A DNA stretch of 64,000 nucleotides from NCBI GenBank assembly GCA_963787915.1, contig CAWBEP010000017.1:34439-98438 (forward strand), written 5' to 3'. Under the pieces are notes generated by a model that worked only from the letters and a program-made list of their open reading frames with translations, was not told the DNA's origin and made no database searches. Position 1 is the first letter of the stretch. The number at the start of each line of letters is the position of its first letter. A program made the translations under genes and the position numbers. Positions 39,123 through 48,144 of this stretch are shown piece by piece. Source of the DNA: an uncultured Acidobacteriaceae bacterium (lineage in GTDB: Bacteria > Acidobacteriota > Terriglobia > Terriglobales > Acidobacteriaceae).

Positions 39123-41138
39123 TTATGGGCCGTGTGTGACAACGCCCGATTTCGCGTCATCGATGGAGACATTCATGCGGTCGAGCGTAGCCCCAGTGGC
39201 CCGATCGATATCCACCTTTGCCTTTTCAAAGTTCGTTTGAGCGAGAACCAGCGCAGACTCAGATACGGCGAGGGCATTTTCCGCGGCTAAAGTGTCAACG
39301 CTGGATTTGGCGCCGAGCTGCTGTTCCTGCTTCGTGATATCGAAGGTGCGCTGAGCGAGGTCACGGGCTTTCTGGGCAGCGTCTACGCGCGCCTGCGCCT
39401 GTTCAAGAGCGAACTGCGAGTTGCGCACGTCGAATGTGATTCCTTTCTTCTGCTGCTCATAAGTGATCTGGCTCTGGCGGAAGGCCAAAACCGCGCGAAA
39501 CTGATCTGCCTTTGCCTGGCGATTACGCAGGTTGATGGCCAGCGTTACGCCGACCTGGTATTCGGGAGAAGAGTAATTGAAGGTGTTCTGCAGCATGCTG
39601 GGGAAGTTGGTGGGCAGAGTGGTGCTGCACTCCGCGGCCCCCAGATCGCAGTAAGGATTGAGGGGGCCCGCGGTGCCGTTACCGGCGTACACGCCGTACA
39701 TATTGAGGGTGGGCAACAGCTCGCTGTTGATGTCCTTCAGGCTTTGCCTCTGCACTTCGGCCTGCATCTGGTAGATGGAGACCTCAGGGCGGTTCTTCTC
39801 CGCCTGAGCGATGAGCTCGTCGATGGATTTCGCCGCATTCGGATCGGGCGGCCCGAGGAGGTCGAGCGGAACAACGGGCATGGTGTCGATCGCCGGATCG
39901 TCGGTCTTGGTGAGCGCATTTTTCATCAGCAACTCGTTGAGGCGCAGGCTGGCGCGGGACACGGTGAGGTCGCCTTCGCTGGTGGCAACGTCCGACTGAT
40001 CCTTCATTACCTGCATAGCCGGGATAGCATTCAGCTCGAGCTGCTTCTGGTCGTCGGAAAGTGTCTGGTTTGCGAAGCCGAGGGCGCGCTCCTTGATCTG
40101 CTCGTCCTGATAGGCATTGACGAGGTCCCAGTAGATGTTTTCGACTTGCGTGACGGTAGCGATGACCTGCGCTTTGAAAGCGAGATCGGTGATCTGCAGG
40201 TTCCGCTTCGCGATGTGCATGAAGCGCTCATTGGTGGAAAGCCCGAAGCCAGCCAGCAATGGCTGGGTAATGAGAACTGTGAAATTGGAATAGAGGCTTG
40301 GATTGATGGCGTTGTACGGACTGTTGCTCGTAAAACGCTCGCCTGTGTAACTGACATTGACGTTGGTTCCCAGCGGAAAAGACTGCGAGTAATTGGACTG
40401 GCCTTCGATCGTATTCACTCGGAGTGTCGGGGTGCCGACAAGGAAGACGTTTTCTTCCTGGGTCACGCTGTGGTCGACGAATCCTCTGAAGGTCAGGGTG
40501 GGATCGAAAGAGGGAACCGACGTCCCTGCGCCGAGCGTCGATGTGACGATCCCCCCGGCGCCGGCGGCCGACAGGCCGGAACTTGTGGATCCGCCGCCTC
40601 CACCGGTGGAGGCAGCAAAGCCACCCTGCGTTCCCTGCACGATGTTAGTGTTAACGCCATTGGCGGCGCCACCGGCTCGTGTGCGCAGGATGTCGGTCTG
40701 TGCGATGGGGAAGTTATAGCGGAAGTAGGCGAGGTCGAGGTTGTTCTCGAGCGCGAGGGCGATGGCGTCACGGAGAGAGATATAGAGCTTGCCTTCGCGA
40801 ATGAGATTTTCGAGGCGCGGGGAGTTCAGGAGATTGACGTCCGGCGCGTTGCTGGCCCGATAGCGATCGAGCGGGTTACGCGAGTGCGGCATCGTTACAT
40901 GGAATGGTCGCTGCGGCGCGACCGTCTGCTGCTGCAGTTGCTGAGCCTGCTCCGCGATCGTGGGCGGGGGTGCGGGAGTGGGTGCGGTTACAGGCGCGGG
41001 CGCTTCCGGAGTTGTTGGAGTCGCAGTCTGCGTCACTGGAGGGTTTTGCGGCGCCTGGGTTTGCGCGAAGCCGGGGGACAGGAGAAGTCCGCACATAATG
41101 GCAGCCAGGATCCGTTGATGCCAGGAGGCGCCCGTCAC
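39123..41138 (-). CDS. TolC-family outer-membrane efflux protein
   Basis: Signal peptide, a Pro/Thr/Gln-rich linker, then duplicated OEP repeats. The GTG start overlaps the upstream stop (GTGA). Confidence 0.85.
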   Translation of the reverse strand: MTGASWHQRILAAIMCGLLLSPGFAQTQAPQNPPVTQTATPTTPEAPAPVTAPTPAPPPTIAEQAQQLQQQTVAPQRPFHVTMPHSRNPLDRYRASNAPDVNLLNSPRLENLIREGKLYISLRDAIALALENNLDLAYFRYNFPIAQTDILRTRAGGAANGVNTNIVQGTQGGFAASTGGGGGSTSSGLSAAGAGGIVTSTLGAGTSVPSFDPTLTFRGFVDHSVTQEENVFLVGTPTLRVNTIEGQSNYSQSFPLGTNVNVSYTGERFTSNSPYNAINPSLYSNFTVLITQPLLAGFGLSTNERFMHIAKRNLQITDLAFKAQVIATVTQVENIYWDLVNAYQDEQIKERALGFANQTLSDDQKQLELNAIPAMQVMKDQSDVATSEGDLTVSRASLRLNELLMKNALTKTDDPAIDTMPVVPLDLLGPPDPNAAKSIDELIAQAEKNRPEVSIYQMQAEVQRQSLKDINSELLPTLNMYGVYAGNGTAGPLNPYCDLGAAECSTTLPTNFPSMLQNTFNYSSPEYQVGVTLAINLRNRQAKADQFRAVLAFRQSQITYEQQKKGITFDVRNSQFALEQAQARVDAAQKARDLAQRTFDITKQEQQLGAKSSVDTLAAENALAVSESALVLAQTNFEKAKVDIDRATGATLDRMNVSIDDAKSGVVTHGP

Positions 41139-41839
41139 GATGCGGTCACCTCCACGCCGAGGTTAGGATTGGCGGAGTCCGCCGTCAGCCATCCATCGCG
41201 CAGCTCGATGACCCGGGAGCCATAACCGGCATTGACTTCCGAATGGGTGACCTGAACGATTGTTGTGCCCTGTTGGTTCAGTTCGCGGAACAACTCCATG
41301 ATCTCCTTCGCCTGGCTGGAATGCAGGTTGCCGGTAGGCTCATCGGCAAGCAGCAGTGCCGGTTTGTGGATCACAGCCCGGGCAACGCCAACGAGCTGCT
41401 GTTGTCCGCCGGAGAGCTGCGAGGGGAAGAGGTCTTTCTTGCCGACAATACTGAATCGGTCCAGAGTGTCCGCGACCAGGCCCTGGCGTTGAGCCCTGGG
41501 CATGTCCTTGTAAGACAGGGGCAAGTCGATGTTTTCCTGGACGGTGAGATCGTCAAGCAGGTGATAGCTCTGGAAGACCATTCCGATATTGCGCTTGGCC
41601 AGTTCGGCGCGCTGACGCCGATTCATCCGATGTGCGGCCTCCTCCTTAAACCAGTACTCGCCGAGCCACTGGTCATCGAGCAGAGCGAGGACATTCAGGA
41701 GCGAGGACTTTCCCGCCCCCGAGGGGCCCATGATGGTGAGGAATTCGCCCTCCTGGATTTCGAGGTTCACGCGGCGCAGAACCCAGGTCTGGCCGGCGCC
41801 GGTCTTATAACTGCGTTCGATATTTTTTAGCTGGATCAT
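41135..41839 (-). CDS. ABC transporter ATP-binding protein, MacB/LolD type (ATPase 2)
   Basis: GPSGAGKSS, LSGGQQQ, LLLADEPTGNL and VTHS. Confidence 0.9.
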   Translation of the reverse strand: MIQLKNIERSYKTGAGQTWVLRRVNLEIQEGEFLTIMGPSGAGKSSLLNVLALLDDQWLGEYWFKEEAAHRMNRRQRAELAKRNIGMVFQSYHLLDDLTVQENIDLPLSYKDMPRAQRQGLVADTLDRFSIVGKKDLFPSQLSGGQQQLVGVARAVIHKPALLLADEPTGNLHSSQAKEIMELFRELNQQGTTIVQVTHSEVNAGYGSRVIELRDGWLTADSANPNLGVEVTAS

Positions 41840-41926
41840 GAGCTTAGCCTGTAGGCGTTGGTCTTTCTGTAGCGGGCTTCAAGCAAGCACACGGATGCGC
41901 TTGCCTGGCCACCGGCTACCAGCTCG

Positions 41927-42646
41927 TTACTTGACTTCGAGAACCTGTTCCAGCGCCTCACCCTCAGCGACCACCTTGCCGTCGAAGAGATGGATTTGGC
42001 GATCAGCATGGCGGGCGAAGCGCGGATCGTGGGTGACCATGCAGATGGTCGCGCCCTCGCGATGCAGGTTCTGGAGCAGCTCCATGACCGCTTCGGCGTT
42101 GCGCGAATCGAGGTTTCCAGTAGGCTCGTCAGCCAGCAGGATGGACGGCGAACCAGCGAGCGCGCGAGCCACGGCAACACGTTGCTGCTGACCGCCGGAA
42201 AGCTGCGATGGATAGTGGCGGATGCGGTGCGCCATGCTGACCCGCTCCAGAGACTCCTGGACACGACGCTTGCGTTCGCTCGCCGACATCCCGGAGCGAT
42301 ACGTGAGCGGCAGCTCGACATTCTCGTAGACGGTGAGGTCGCCGATCAGGTTAAAGCTCTGAAAGATGAAGCCGATTTCCTGGTTGCGAATGCGGGAGCG
42401 TTGCGAAAAGTTGAGGTTCTCAACCGAGTGGCTGTTGAGCGTGTAGCTGCCACCGGTGGGTGTGTCGAGCAGTCCGATGATCGAGAGCAGCGTTGATTTG
42501 CCACATCCGGAGGGCCCGGAAATGGCGACGTATTCGCCTTTGTCAATCTTCATGTGGACGCCGGACAGCGCGTGGGTTTCAATCTCATCGGTGTAGAAGA
42601 CCTTGGTAAGGCCTTCGATTTCAATCAACGCCTGATTGTTGTCCAT
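41927..42646 (-). CDS. ABC transporter ATP-binding protein, MacB/LolD type (ATPase 1)
   Basis: GPSGCGKST, LSGGQQQRVAVARAL, ILLADEPTGNLD and VTHD. Confidence 0.9.
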   Translation of the reverse strand: MDNNQALIEIEGLTKVFYTDEIETHALSGVHMKIDKGEYVAISGPSGCGKSTLLSIIGLLDTPTGGSYTLNSHSVENLNFSQRSRIRNQEIGFIFQSFNLIGDLTVYENVELPLTYRSGMSASERKRRVQESLERVSMAHRIRHYPSQLSGGQQQRVAVARALAGSPSILLADEPTGNLDSRNAEAVMELLQNLHREGATICMVTHDPRFARHADRQIHLFDGKVVAEGEALEQVLEVK

Positions 42647-42688
42647 CCTGCTCTCTCCTGCGTTTCGGATATCTGCTGGTCCTGCGTC

Positions 42689-43984
42689 TTAATCCAAACG
42701 AACCTTATCGGTCGCATCGTAGCGCGACATGTCAGAAAGGATCACACGATCCCCCTCGTTCAGGCCGCTGAGAACCTGGATCTGCGTGACCGAAGCTCTG
42801 CCAACCTTGACCTGGACCCGCGTGGCGGTTTTGCCGTTGGGGTCCTCTCTGAACAAACTGACGGTGCTGTTCTCATTGCAGAATGCACAGCGGCCCACGT
42901 AAAGCACGTCGTGGAGACGCTCGAGATCGATGGTGCCGTCGACGCTGAGCTGAGGAACCGCCCCGGCCGGCAACGGGCCATCGAGTGTTACGTCAACGGT
43001 ACGCGTTCCGTTCAATACCGAGGGATCGATTCTGGAGACATGGCCGGGAACGATGCCGTTGTGCGTGTCAATCTCGGCCTGCTGGCCAATCAGGATGTCG
43101 TGCGCCTGGGTTTCGGCAATCTGCAATGCCGCCTTTAGCTGGTTGGGATTGATGACCTCGGCGACGGAAGTTCCCGCCGTGACATGCTGCCCGACCTGGA
43201 CCGGAGTAGGCAGGGAACTGAGGACCCCTGCAATTCCTGCACGGACCTGGAGGGCGGCCTCCTGCTTCTCGTACAGATCCAGAAGGGCCTTGGCCTGATC
43301 GATCTTGGTTTGCTGTGAAGCCAGCTGCACTTCGATGGCTCGAGTATTGACGTCGATCTGCTGCTGGCTGATCTGGTGCTGCGTGGTCAGCTGGTCGGCC
43401 TTGCTCTTCGACTGGTTGTATTGCAGGCCGCTGATCACGCCCAGTGAATAGAGTTGCTTGTCGGTCTGCGCCTGCAGCTGATCCTGCGTGTAATCGGAGT
43501 TGACGGCTGCGGCGGCTTCCTTCTTATCCATGAGTGTGCTCTGCAGCTGGGCCTGGAGGTTCTTGTAGTCGGCCTGCGCCCCCTTGAGCGCTAATTGCGC
43601 GTTGAGCACCTCTTGCTGCAACTGAGGGTCAGTCATGTCCAGCAGGATGGTGTCAGGCTTGACCATCGTGCCGGGGAGCACACGGATGCGGATAACCGTT
43701 GCGTCGGTTTGCGCGGGGATGAGCTCGATACTCTCTTCGCGGGGAACCAGGGTGCCGAGACCGCGGACCTGACGGATCATGTCGCCGCGCTTGACAGTCT
43801 CAGGCCACACCGTGCTGGCATCGACGGTTGGAACGGCGGGTTTCAGACGCATCACGGCCCAGGCGGCAGCAGTCACGCCGAGGGCAACAACGGCCAGGAC
43901 GATGATCTGCCGGCGGAGCTTCTTCTTCCGAATATCGGGGCGAGCTATGTCCATTGGAAAATGTAGTTGCATGCGCCACACCAA
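42689..43984 (-). CDS. periplasmic adaptor (HlyD/MacA membrane-fusion family)
   Basis: N-terminal TM anchor, a long coiled-coil region (QLQ.. repeats) and beta-barrel/lipoyl segments. Confidence 0.85.
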   Translation of the reverse strand: MVWRMQLHFPMDIARPDIRKKKLRRQIIVLAVVALGVTAAAWAVMRLKPAVPTVDASTVWPETVKRGDMIRQVRGLGTLVPREESIELIPAQTDATVIRIRVLPGTMVKPDTILLDMTDPQLQQEVLNAQLALKGAQADYKNLQAQLQSTLMDKKEAAAAVNSDYTQDQLQAQTDKQLYSLGVISGLQYNQSKSKADQLTTQHQISQQQIDVNTRAIEVQLASQQTKIDQAKALLDLYEKQEAALQVRAGIAGVLSSLPTPVQVGQHVTAGTSVAEVINPNQLKAALQIAETQAHDILIGQQAEIDTHNGIVPGHVSRIDPSVLNGTRTVDVTLDGPLPAGAVPQLSVDGTIDLERLHDVLYVGRCAFCNENSTVSLFREDPNGKTATRVQVKVGRASVTQIQVLSGLNEGDRVILSDMSRYDATDKVRLD

Positions 43985-44069
43985 TCGTCCAGTGCGGCTA
44001 AGCTCCTGAATTAAATACTATTACAGGGGGTAATCCTTTCAGTTTGTTAAGTGCTGAGTGGCCGTTTGC

Positions 44070-44084
44070 GCAAAGCACTGTCCA
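44070..44084 (-). promoter_or_regulatory. candidate sigma54 -24/-12 promoter upstream of the adaptor gene
   Basis: The minus strand reads TGGACAGTGCTTTGC. GG and GC have the canonical spacing of TGGCAC-N5-TTGC. The element lies 86-100 nt upstream of the ATG at 43984. Confidence 0.3.
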
Positions 44085-44774
44085 TTAGCGGACATCCGTC
44101 GCTGAAGCTACCGGGAGCAGCCCTGCAGACCGCAATTTCCCCCCGACGACCGTCACAATTTGGCGGTGGATCGTCTCGATGGCCCGATCTCCGTCGATGA
44201 CCACCACACGCGCCGGCTCGCGGGCAGCGATCTCCCCGTATTTGTCGTAAACGCGCCGGTAGAACTCCACATCTTCCCGCTCAAAGCGTCCCTCATCGTT
44301 GCCAGCGGCCGCGTTGCGGTCGTTGCGTCGGCGCGCACGGTGCAGCGACTGGTCGAAGTTGGCTAGAAGTAAAAGGGTCATGTCGGGGTTGAGGCCACCA
44401 CACATCGTCCGGTGCAATGCGAGGACCGGTTCACTGCCCAGCTGGCGCCCACCACCCTGGTAGGCCTCCGTGGAGTCGGTGAAACGATCGCAGAGAACGA
44501 CATTGCCACCGTGAAGCGCAGGGGCGATCACCTCGGCGATGCATTCGGCGCGGTCGGCGAACATCAGTCCCAGCTCGGCCATGGGATCGAGGCGCTCGGT
44601 TTTCGAATCCAGCAGGAGCCCGCGAATACGATCCCCGATGCCGGTTCCTCCCGGCTGGCGTGTGACGGTGATACTGAGCCCGAGACCTTCAAGATGAGTG
44701 GCCAGTTTGCGCAACTGGGTCGTCTTACCCGAGCCATCGAGGCCCTCGAAGGTGAGGAAGAAGCCGGAGGACAT
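44085..44774 (-). CDS. tmk: thymidylate kinase
   Basis: The ATG at 44772-44774 gives MSSGFFLTFEGLDGSGKTTQ. The listed ORF extends further upstream, spuriously. Confidence 0.85.
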   Translation of the reverse strand: MSSGFFLTFEGLDGSGKTTQLRKLATHLEGLGLSITVTRQPGGTGIGDRIRGLLLDSKTERLDPMAELGLMFADRAECIAEVIAPALHGGNVVLCDRFTDSTEAYQGGGRQLGSEPVLALHRTMCGGLNPDMTLLLLANFDQSLHRARRRNDRNAAAGNDEGRFEREDVEFYRRVYDKYGEIAAREPARVVVIDGDRAIETIHRQIVTVVGGKLRSAGLLPVASATDVR

Positions 44775-44860
44775 AGCAGCAGGGTACAGCGGATAGGGGT
44801 TGCCATGAGAAGCGCTTACACCGGTACAACGCTTACAATAGTTACATTGTGGAGGAGCAG

Positions 44861-45310
44861 ATGAAAGCGGCGCGTTCGATGGTGGTGAGTATGAGGCTGC
44901 CGGTGGAGAGCGGGACACGCTTGAAGCGTCTCGCGCGTCGGCACGGGTGGACGGCGAGCGATCTGAGCGCGCGACTCGTGGAGGAGGGGCTGCGCCGGTC
45001 GGAGTTTGCCCTGATCGATTTTCGCGATTCGCCGGTGGGGCGGCAGGCCTACATCCAGGGGAGCTCGCTGGCGATCTGGGAAGTGATGATGATCGTCCGC
45101 GCCTACAAGGGCAATGCGAAGAAAGCAGCCGACCACCTGGAATGGCCTGAGTTCAAAGTGCGTGCCGCGATGCATTACGCCGAGGCATATCCGAAAGAGA
45201 TCAACGACGCGCTGGCAGAGAACGACGCCATGGATTTCGACGCTCTGAAGAAGATCCTCCCCGATCTTCAGGAGTTACATGTGCCCCGGGGAGTAAGAAA
45301 GGCACTCTGA
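44861..45310 (+). CDS. RHH + DUF433-like protein (putative antitoxin)
   Basis: GGAGGAG precedes the ATG at 44861. The N-terminal CopG-like segment is VVSMRLPVESGTRLKRLARRHGW. A DUF433-like segment follows (AYIQGSSLAIWEVMMIV...AAMHYAEAYPKEI). Confidence 0.6.
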   Translation: MKAARSMVVSMRLPVESGTRLKRLARRHGWTASDLSARLVEEGLRRSEFALIDFRDSPVGRQAYIQGSSLAIWEVMMIVRAYKGNAKKAADHLEWPEFKVRAAMHYAEAYPKEINDALAENDAMDFDALKKILPDLQELHVPRGVRKAL

Positions 45311-45337
45311 CCGGAGAGGACCTCAAAGAGCTTCCCC

Positions 45338-45712
45338 ATGATCGGGTTGGTCCTTGATGAACACCTGTCACCGAAGGTTGCTGCGGGACTGCGCCGACTG
45401 GGCCTACCTGCCGCTGTGCACGCGATGAATGAATGGAACGGCGGGGTATTTCTGGGGCGCCCGGATGCGGAAATCCTGGCCGAGGCAGCAAGGCAAGGAC
45501 TCACGCTGGTGACTTACGACTGCAGGACGATTCCGACTCTCCTCAGGTCCTGGCGAGAACAGGGCCGCAGTCACGCCGGCGTAATCTACGTCAGCCAGCG
45601 GACTGTGTCCCCGAGCGACATCGGGTCCTTAGTGCGAGCCCTCGCATGGGTAGTTCGGGAGTTCGGCCATGCCGACTGGACGGAGCGGCAGGATTTTCTT
45701 CACTACGTGTGA
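45338..45712 (+). CDS. DUF5615-like PIN-fold protein (putative toxin)
   Basis: MIGLVLDEHLSPKVAAGLRRLG...AEILAEAARQGLTLVTYDCR resembles the DUF5615 / Mut7-C-like pattern (LDEN...TxDxD). Confidence 0.6.
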   Translation: MIGLVLDEHLSPKVAAGLRRLGLPAAVHAMNEWNGGVFLGRPDAEILAEAARQGLTLVTYDCRTIPTLLRSWREQGRSHAGVIYVSQRTVSPSDIGSLVRALAWVVREFGHADWTERQDFLHYV

Positions 45713-46131
45713 ACGCAACTCCACACCAGCCATCCGCCGGCAATCAGCAGCACCGGCGAGCTGAAAACGCCCGCCATCCAGCGTCGATAGACGATCGAGG
45801 CGCCGATGTGAAGGAACGCGTTACCGATTCCGATGAGGATGGCCAGGGGCAGCGCGACCAGGCGGATCCAGTGTGCTCCGTGCAAAGCGAACGGGGAAAG
45901 CAGCAACAGGAGGCAGACGCCGCTGGAGAGCAGAATGAGGAAGCTGCGAAGGGTGAAGACCGGCGGAAAAGGGACGTGCAGGCGCTTGCGGATGGCCATC
46001 GCGTTGGGATTGTAGATGGCGAGGAAGTCATGGCGTGCTTCGTCGGCGACGTGCACCGCGACTGCCAGGGCGAAAGCGATCCACGCCAGGCCGAAGTTCC
46101 AGTCGACGGGTGAACGGAACATGGCATGCAC
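45703..46131 (-). CDS. hypothetical membrane protein (HXXEE-domain-like)
   Basis: Four TM segments with HVADEARHDF near TM1. It overlaps the convergent DUF5615 3' end by 10 nt. Confidence 0.45.
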   Translation of the reverse strand: MHAMFRSPVDWNFGLAWIAFALAVAVHVADEARHDFLAIYNPNAMAIRKRLHVPFPPVFTLRSFLILLSSGVCLLLLLSPFALHGAHWIRLVALPLAILIGIGNAFLHIGASIVYRRWMAGVFSSPVLLIAGGWLVWSCVHT

Positions 46132-46236
46132 CTCGGGACCGGCCAGTGTACGCCCAAAAGCCAGCGGCGCAAGGCTCCGGGCCTCGAAGCCGACGGAGGG
46201 TGTTTACACTAATGAATTGCACTTCCAGGAGGATGA

Positions 46237-48138
46237 ATGCATCTTCGCCTTCGCCCGTTGTCGGGGCTGATCTTCGCTGCCGTTCTTGCCGTCGCTTTCC
46301 CTTCGCATGCCCAGACCGCGTCGAATCCCATCAAAATCACCGCCGATCTGACAGATGCGCCGCGCAAGATTCTGCATGCACATATGACGATTCCGGTCAG
46401 CGCGGGTCCGTTGACGCTGCTCTACGCCGAGTGGATTCCCGGCGAACATATGCCCGATGGCCCCATCGACAATCTTGCCGGGCTGTTCATCACAGCGAAT
46501 GGTCAGCCGCTCGCATGGGTGCGGGACGACGTCAATATGTATGCGATCCATCTGACGGTGCCGGATGGCGTAACCCAGCTCGACGTGAAAGACGATTTCC
46601 TGGCCACTGCCGCGGCAACGGGTTTCTCGGCTGGCGCTTCGACGAGCGCGAACCTGGCCCTGCTGAGCTGGAATGAGATGGTGCTTTATCCCGCGGGTCA
46701 CCAGTCGGCCGACATTTACGTGCAGCCATCAGTGGTATTGCCGCAAGGGTGGCAGTCGGGAACCGCTTTGACGAAGGCGGGCGGGGATGCAACCCACCTC
46801 GACTTTTCGACGGTGTCGCTGGAGCAACTGATCGATTCGCCGCTCCTGACCGGGCGCTACTTTCTCGAAGTACCGCTGGCCCAGGAAGTGACGCCGAAGC
46901 ATTTCCTGGATATAGCAGCCGATGGTCCTGAGGATCTCAAGCTGAATCAGGACACGATCAACGGCTACAGCAACCTGATCCGCGAGACGGGGGCGCTCTA
47001 TCAATCGCGGCACTATGAGAGCTATCACTTCCTCGTCACGGCGAGCGATCAGGTGGCACACTTCGGGCTGGAGCATCATCAGTCGAGCGACGATCGCGTC
47101 CCGGAGAAGACATTCACCGACGACAACCTGCTGCTGCTCTCGGCCGATCTGCTGCCGCACGAGTTCACGCACTCGTGGAATGGGAAGTACCGGCGGCCCG
47201 CCGGCCTGGCAACAGGGAACTACGAACAGCCGATGAAGGGCAATTTGCTCTGGGTATATGAGGGGCTTACGGATTACCTCGGCAACGTACTCGCCGCGCG
47301 CAGCAAGATCGAAACCGCAGCGCAGTATCGCGACTACCTGGCAGCGACGGCAGCGATGCTCGACTATCGCCCGGGCCGCACGTGGCGCGACCTCCAGGAT
47401 ACGGCGACAGCGGCGCAGATCCTGTACGAAACCTCGGACCAGTGGGATAACTGGCGGCGCAGCACCGACTATTATCCCGAGGGCGACCTGGTCTGGCTCG
47501 ATGTGGATACGACGATCCGTAAGCTGACGAAGGACAAAAAGAGCCTCAATGACTTTCTGGGGGCGTTCGAGGGATTGGGCGGCAACACGCCGCCGAAGGT
47601 CGTCCCCTATACGTTCGACGATGTTGTTAACGGACTCAATGATGTCGTTGCCTACGACTGGGCGAGCTTTCTCAAAGAGCTGCTGACCAGCAAGGCGCCG
47701 CATGCTCCTCTCGACGGGATTGAGGCTGGCGGTTACAAGCTCGTGTACACCGATCAGCCGAACGAGGTCACCCAGGCCAGGATTACAGCGACCGGAACCA
47801 CGCCGGAGTGGTGGTCGATCGGGATCAACGTCACCAGCGACGGGCATATTGAGGATGTGCTGGTCGGCTCGCCCGCGGACAACGCGAAGCTGGGCCCTGG
47901 CATGCAGATTGTTGCGGTGAACGGAAGGCAGTTCAGCAGCCAGTTACTCAGCGATGCGATCCGCGATGCGAAAGGGAACACCGCGCCCATCGAGCTGATC
48001 GTGGTCAACACCGGAACCTACCGAGTAATTGGTTTGGATTATCACGATGGGCTGCGGTATCCGCATCTGGAGCGCCTGGACGGAACGGCGGATCGGCTGG
48101 ACGATATTCTGAAGCCGATGACGAGCCCTTCGAAGTAG
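46237..48138 (+). CDS. M61-family metallopeptidase with C-terminal PDZ domain
   Basis: Signal peptide, the HEFTHSWNGKYRRP zinc motif, and a PDZ-like segment (GSPADNAKLGPGMQIVAVNG). Confidence 0.85.
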   Translation: MHLRLRPLSGLIFAAVLAVAFPSHAQTASNPIKITADLTDAPRKILHAHMTIPVSAGPLTLLYAEWIPGEHMPDGPIDNLAGLFITANGQPLAWVRDDVNMYAIHLTVPDGVTQLDVKDDFLATAAATGFSAGASTSANLALLSWNEMVLYPAGHQSADIYVQPSVVLPQGWQSGTALTKAGGDATHLDFSTVSLEQLIDSPLLTGRYFLEVPLAQEVTPKHFLDIAADGPEDLKLNQDTINGYSNLIRETGALYQSRHYESYHFLVTASDQVAHFGLEHHQSSDDRVPEKTFTDDNLLLLSADLLPHEFTHSWNGKYRRPAGLATGNYEQPMKGNLLWVYEGLTDYLGNVLAARSKIETAAQYRDYLAATAAMLDYRPGRTWRDLQDTATAAQILYETSDQWDNWRRSTDYYPEGDLVWLDVDTTIRKLTKDKKSLNDFLGAFEGLGGNTPPKVVPYTFDDVVNGLNDVVAYDWASFLKELLTSKAPHAPLDGIEAGGYKLVYTDQPNEVTQARITATGTTPEWWSIGINVTSDGHIEDVLVGSPADNAKLGPGMQIVAVNGRQFSSQLLSDAIRDAKGNTAPIELIVVNTGTYRVIGLDYHDGLRYPHLERLDGTADRLDDILKPMTSPSK

Positions 48139-48144
48139 AGCTTC

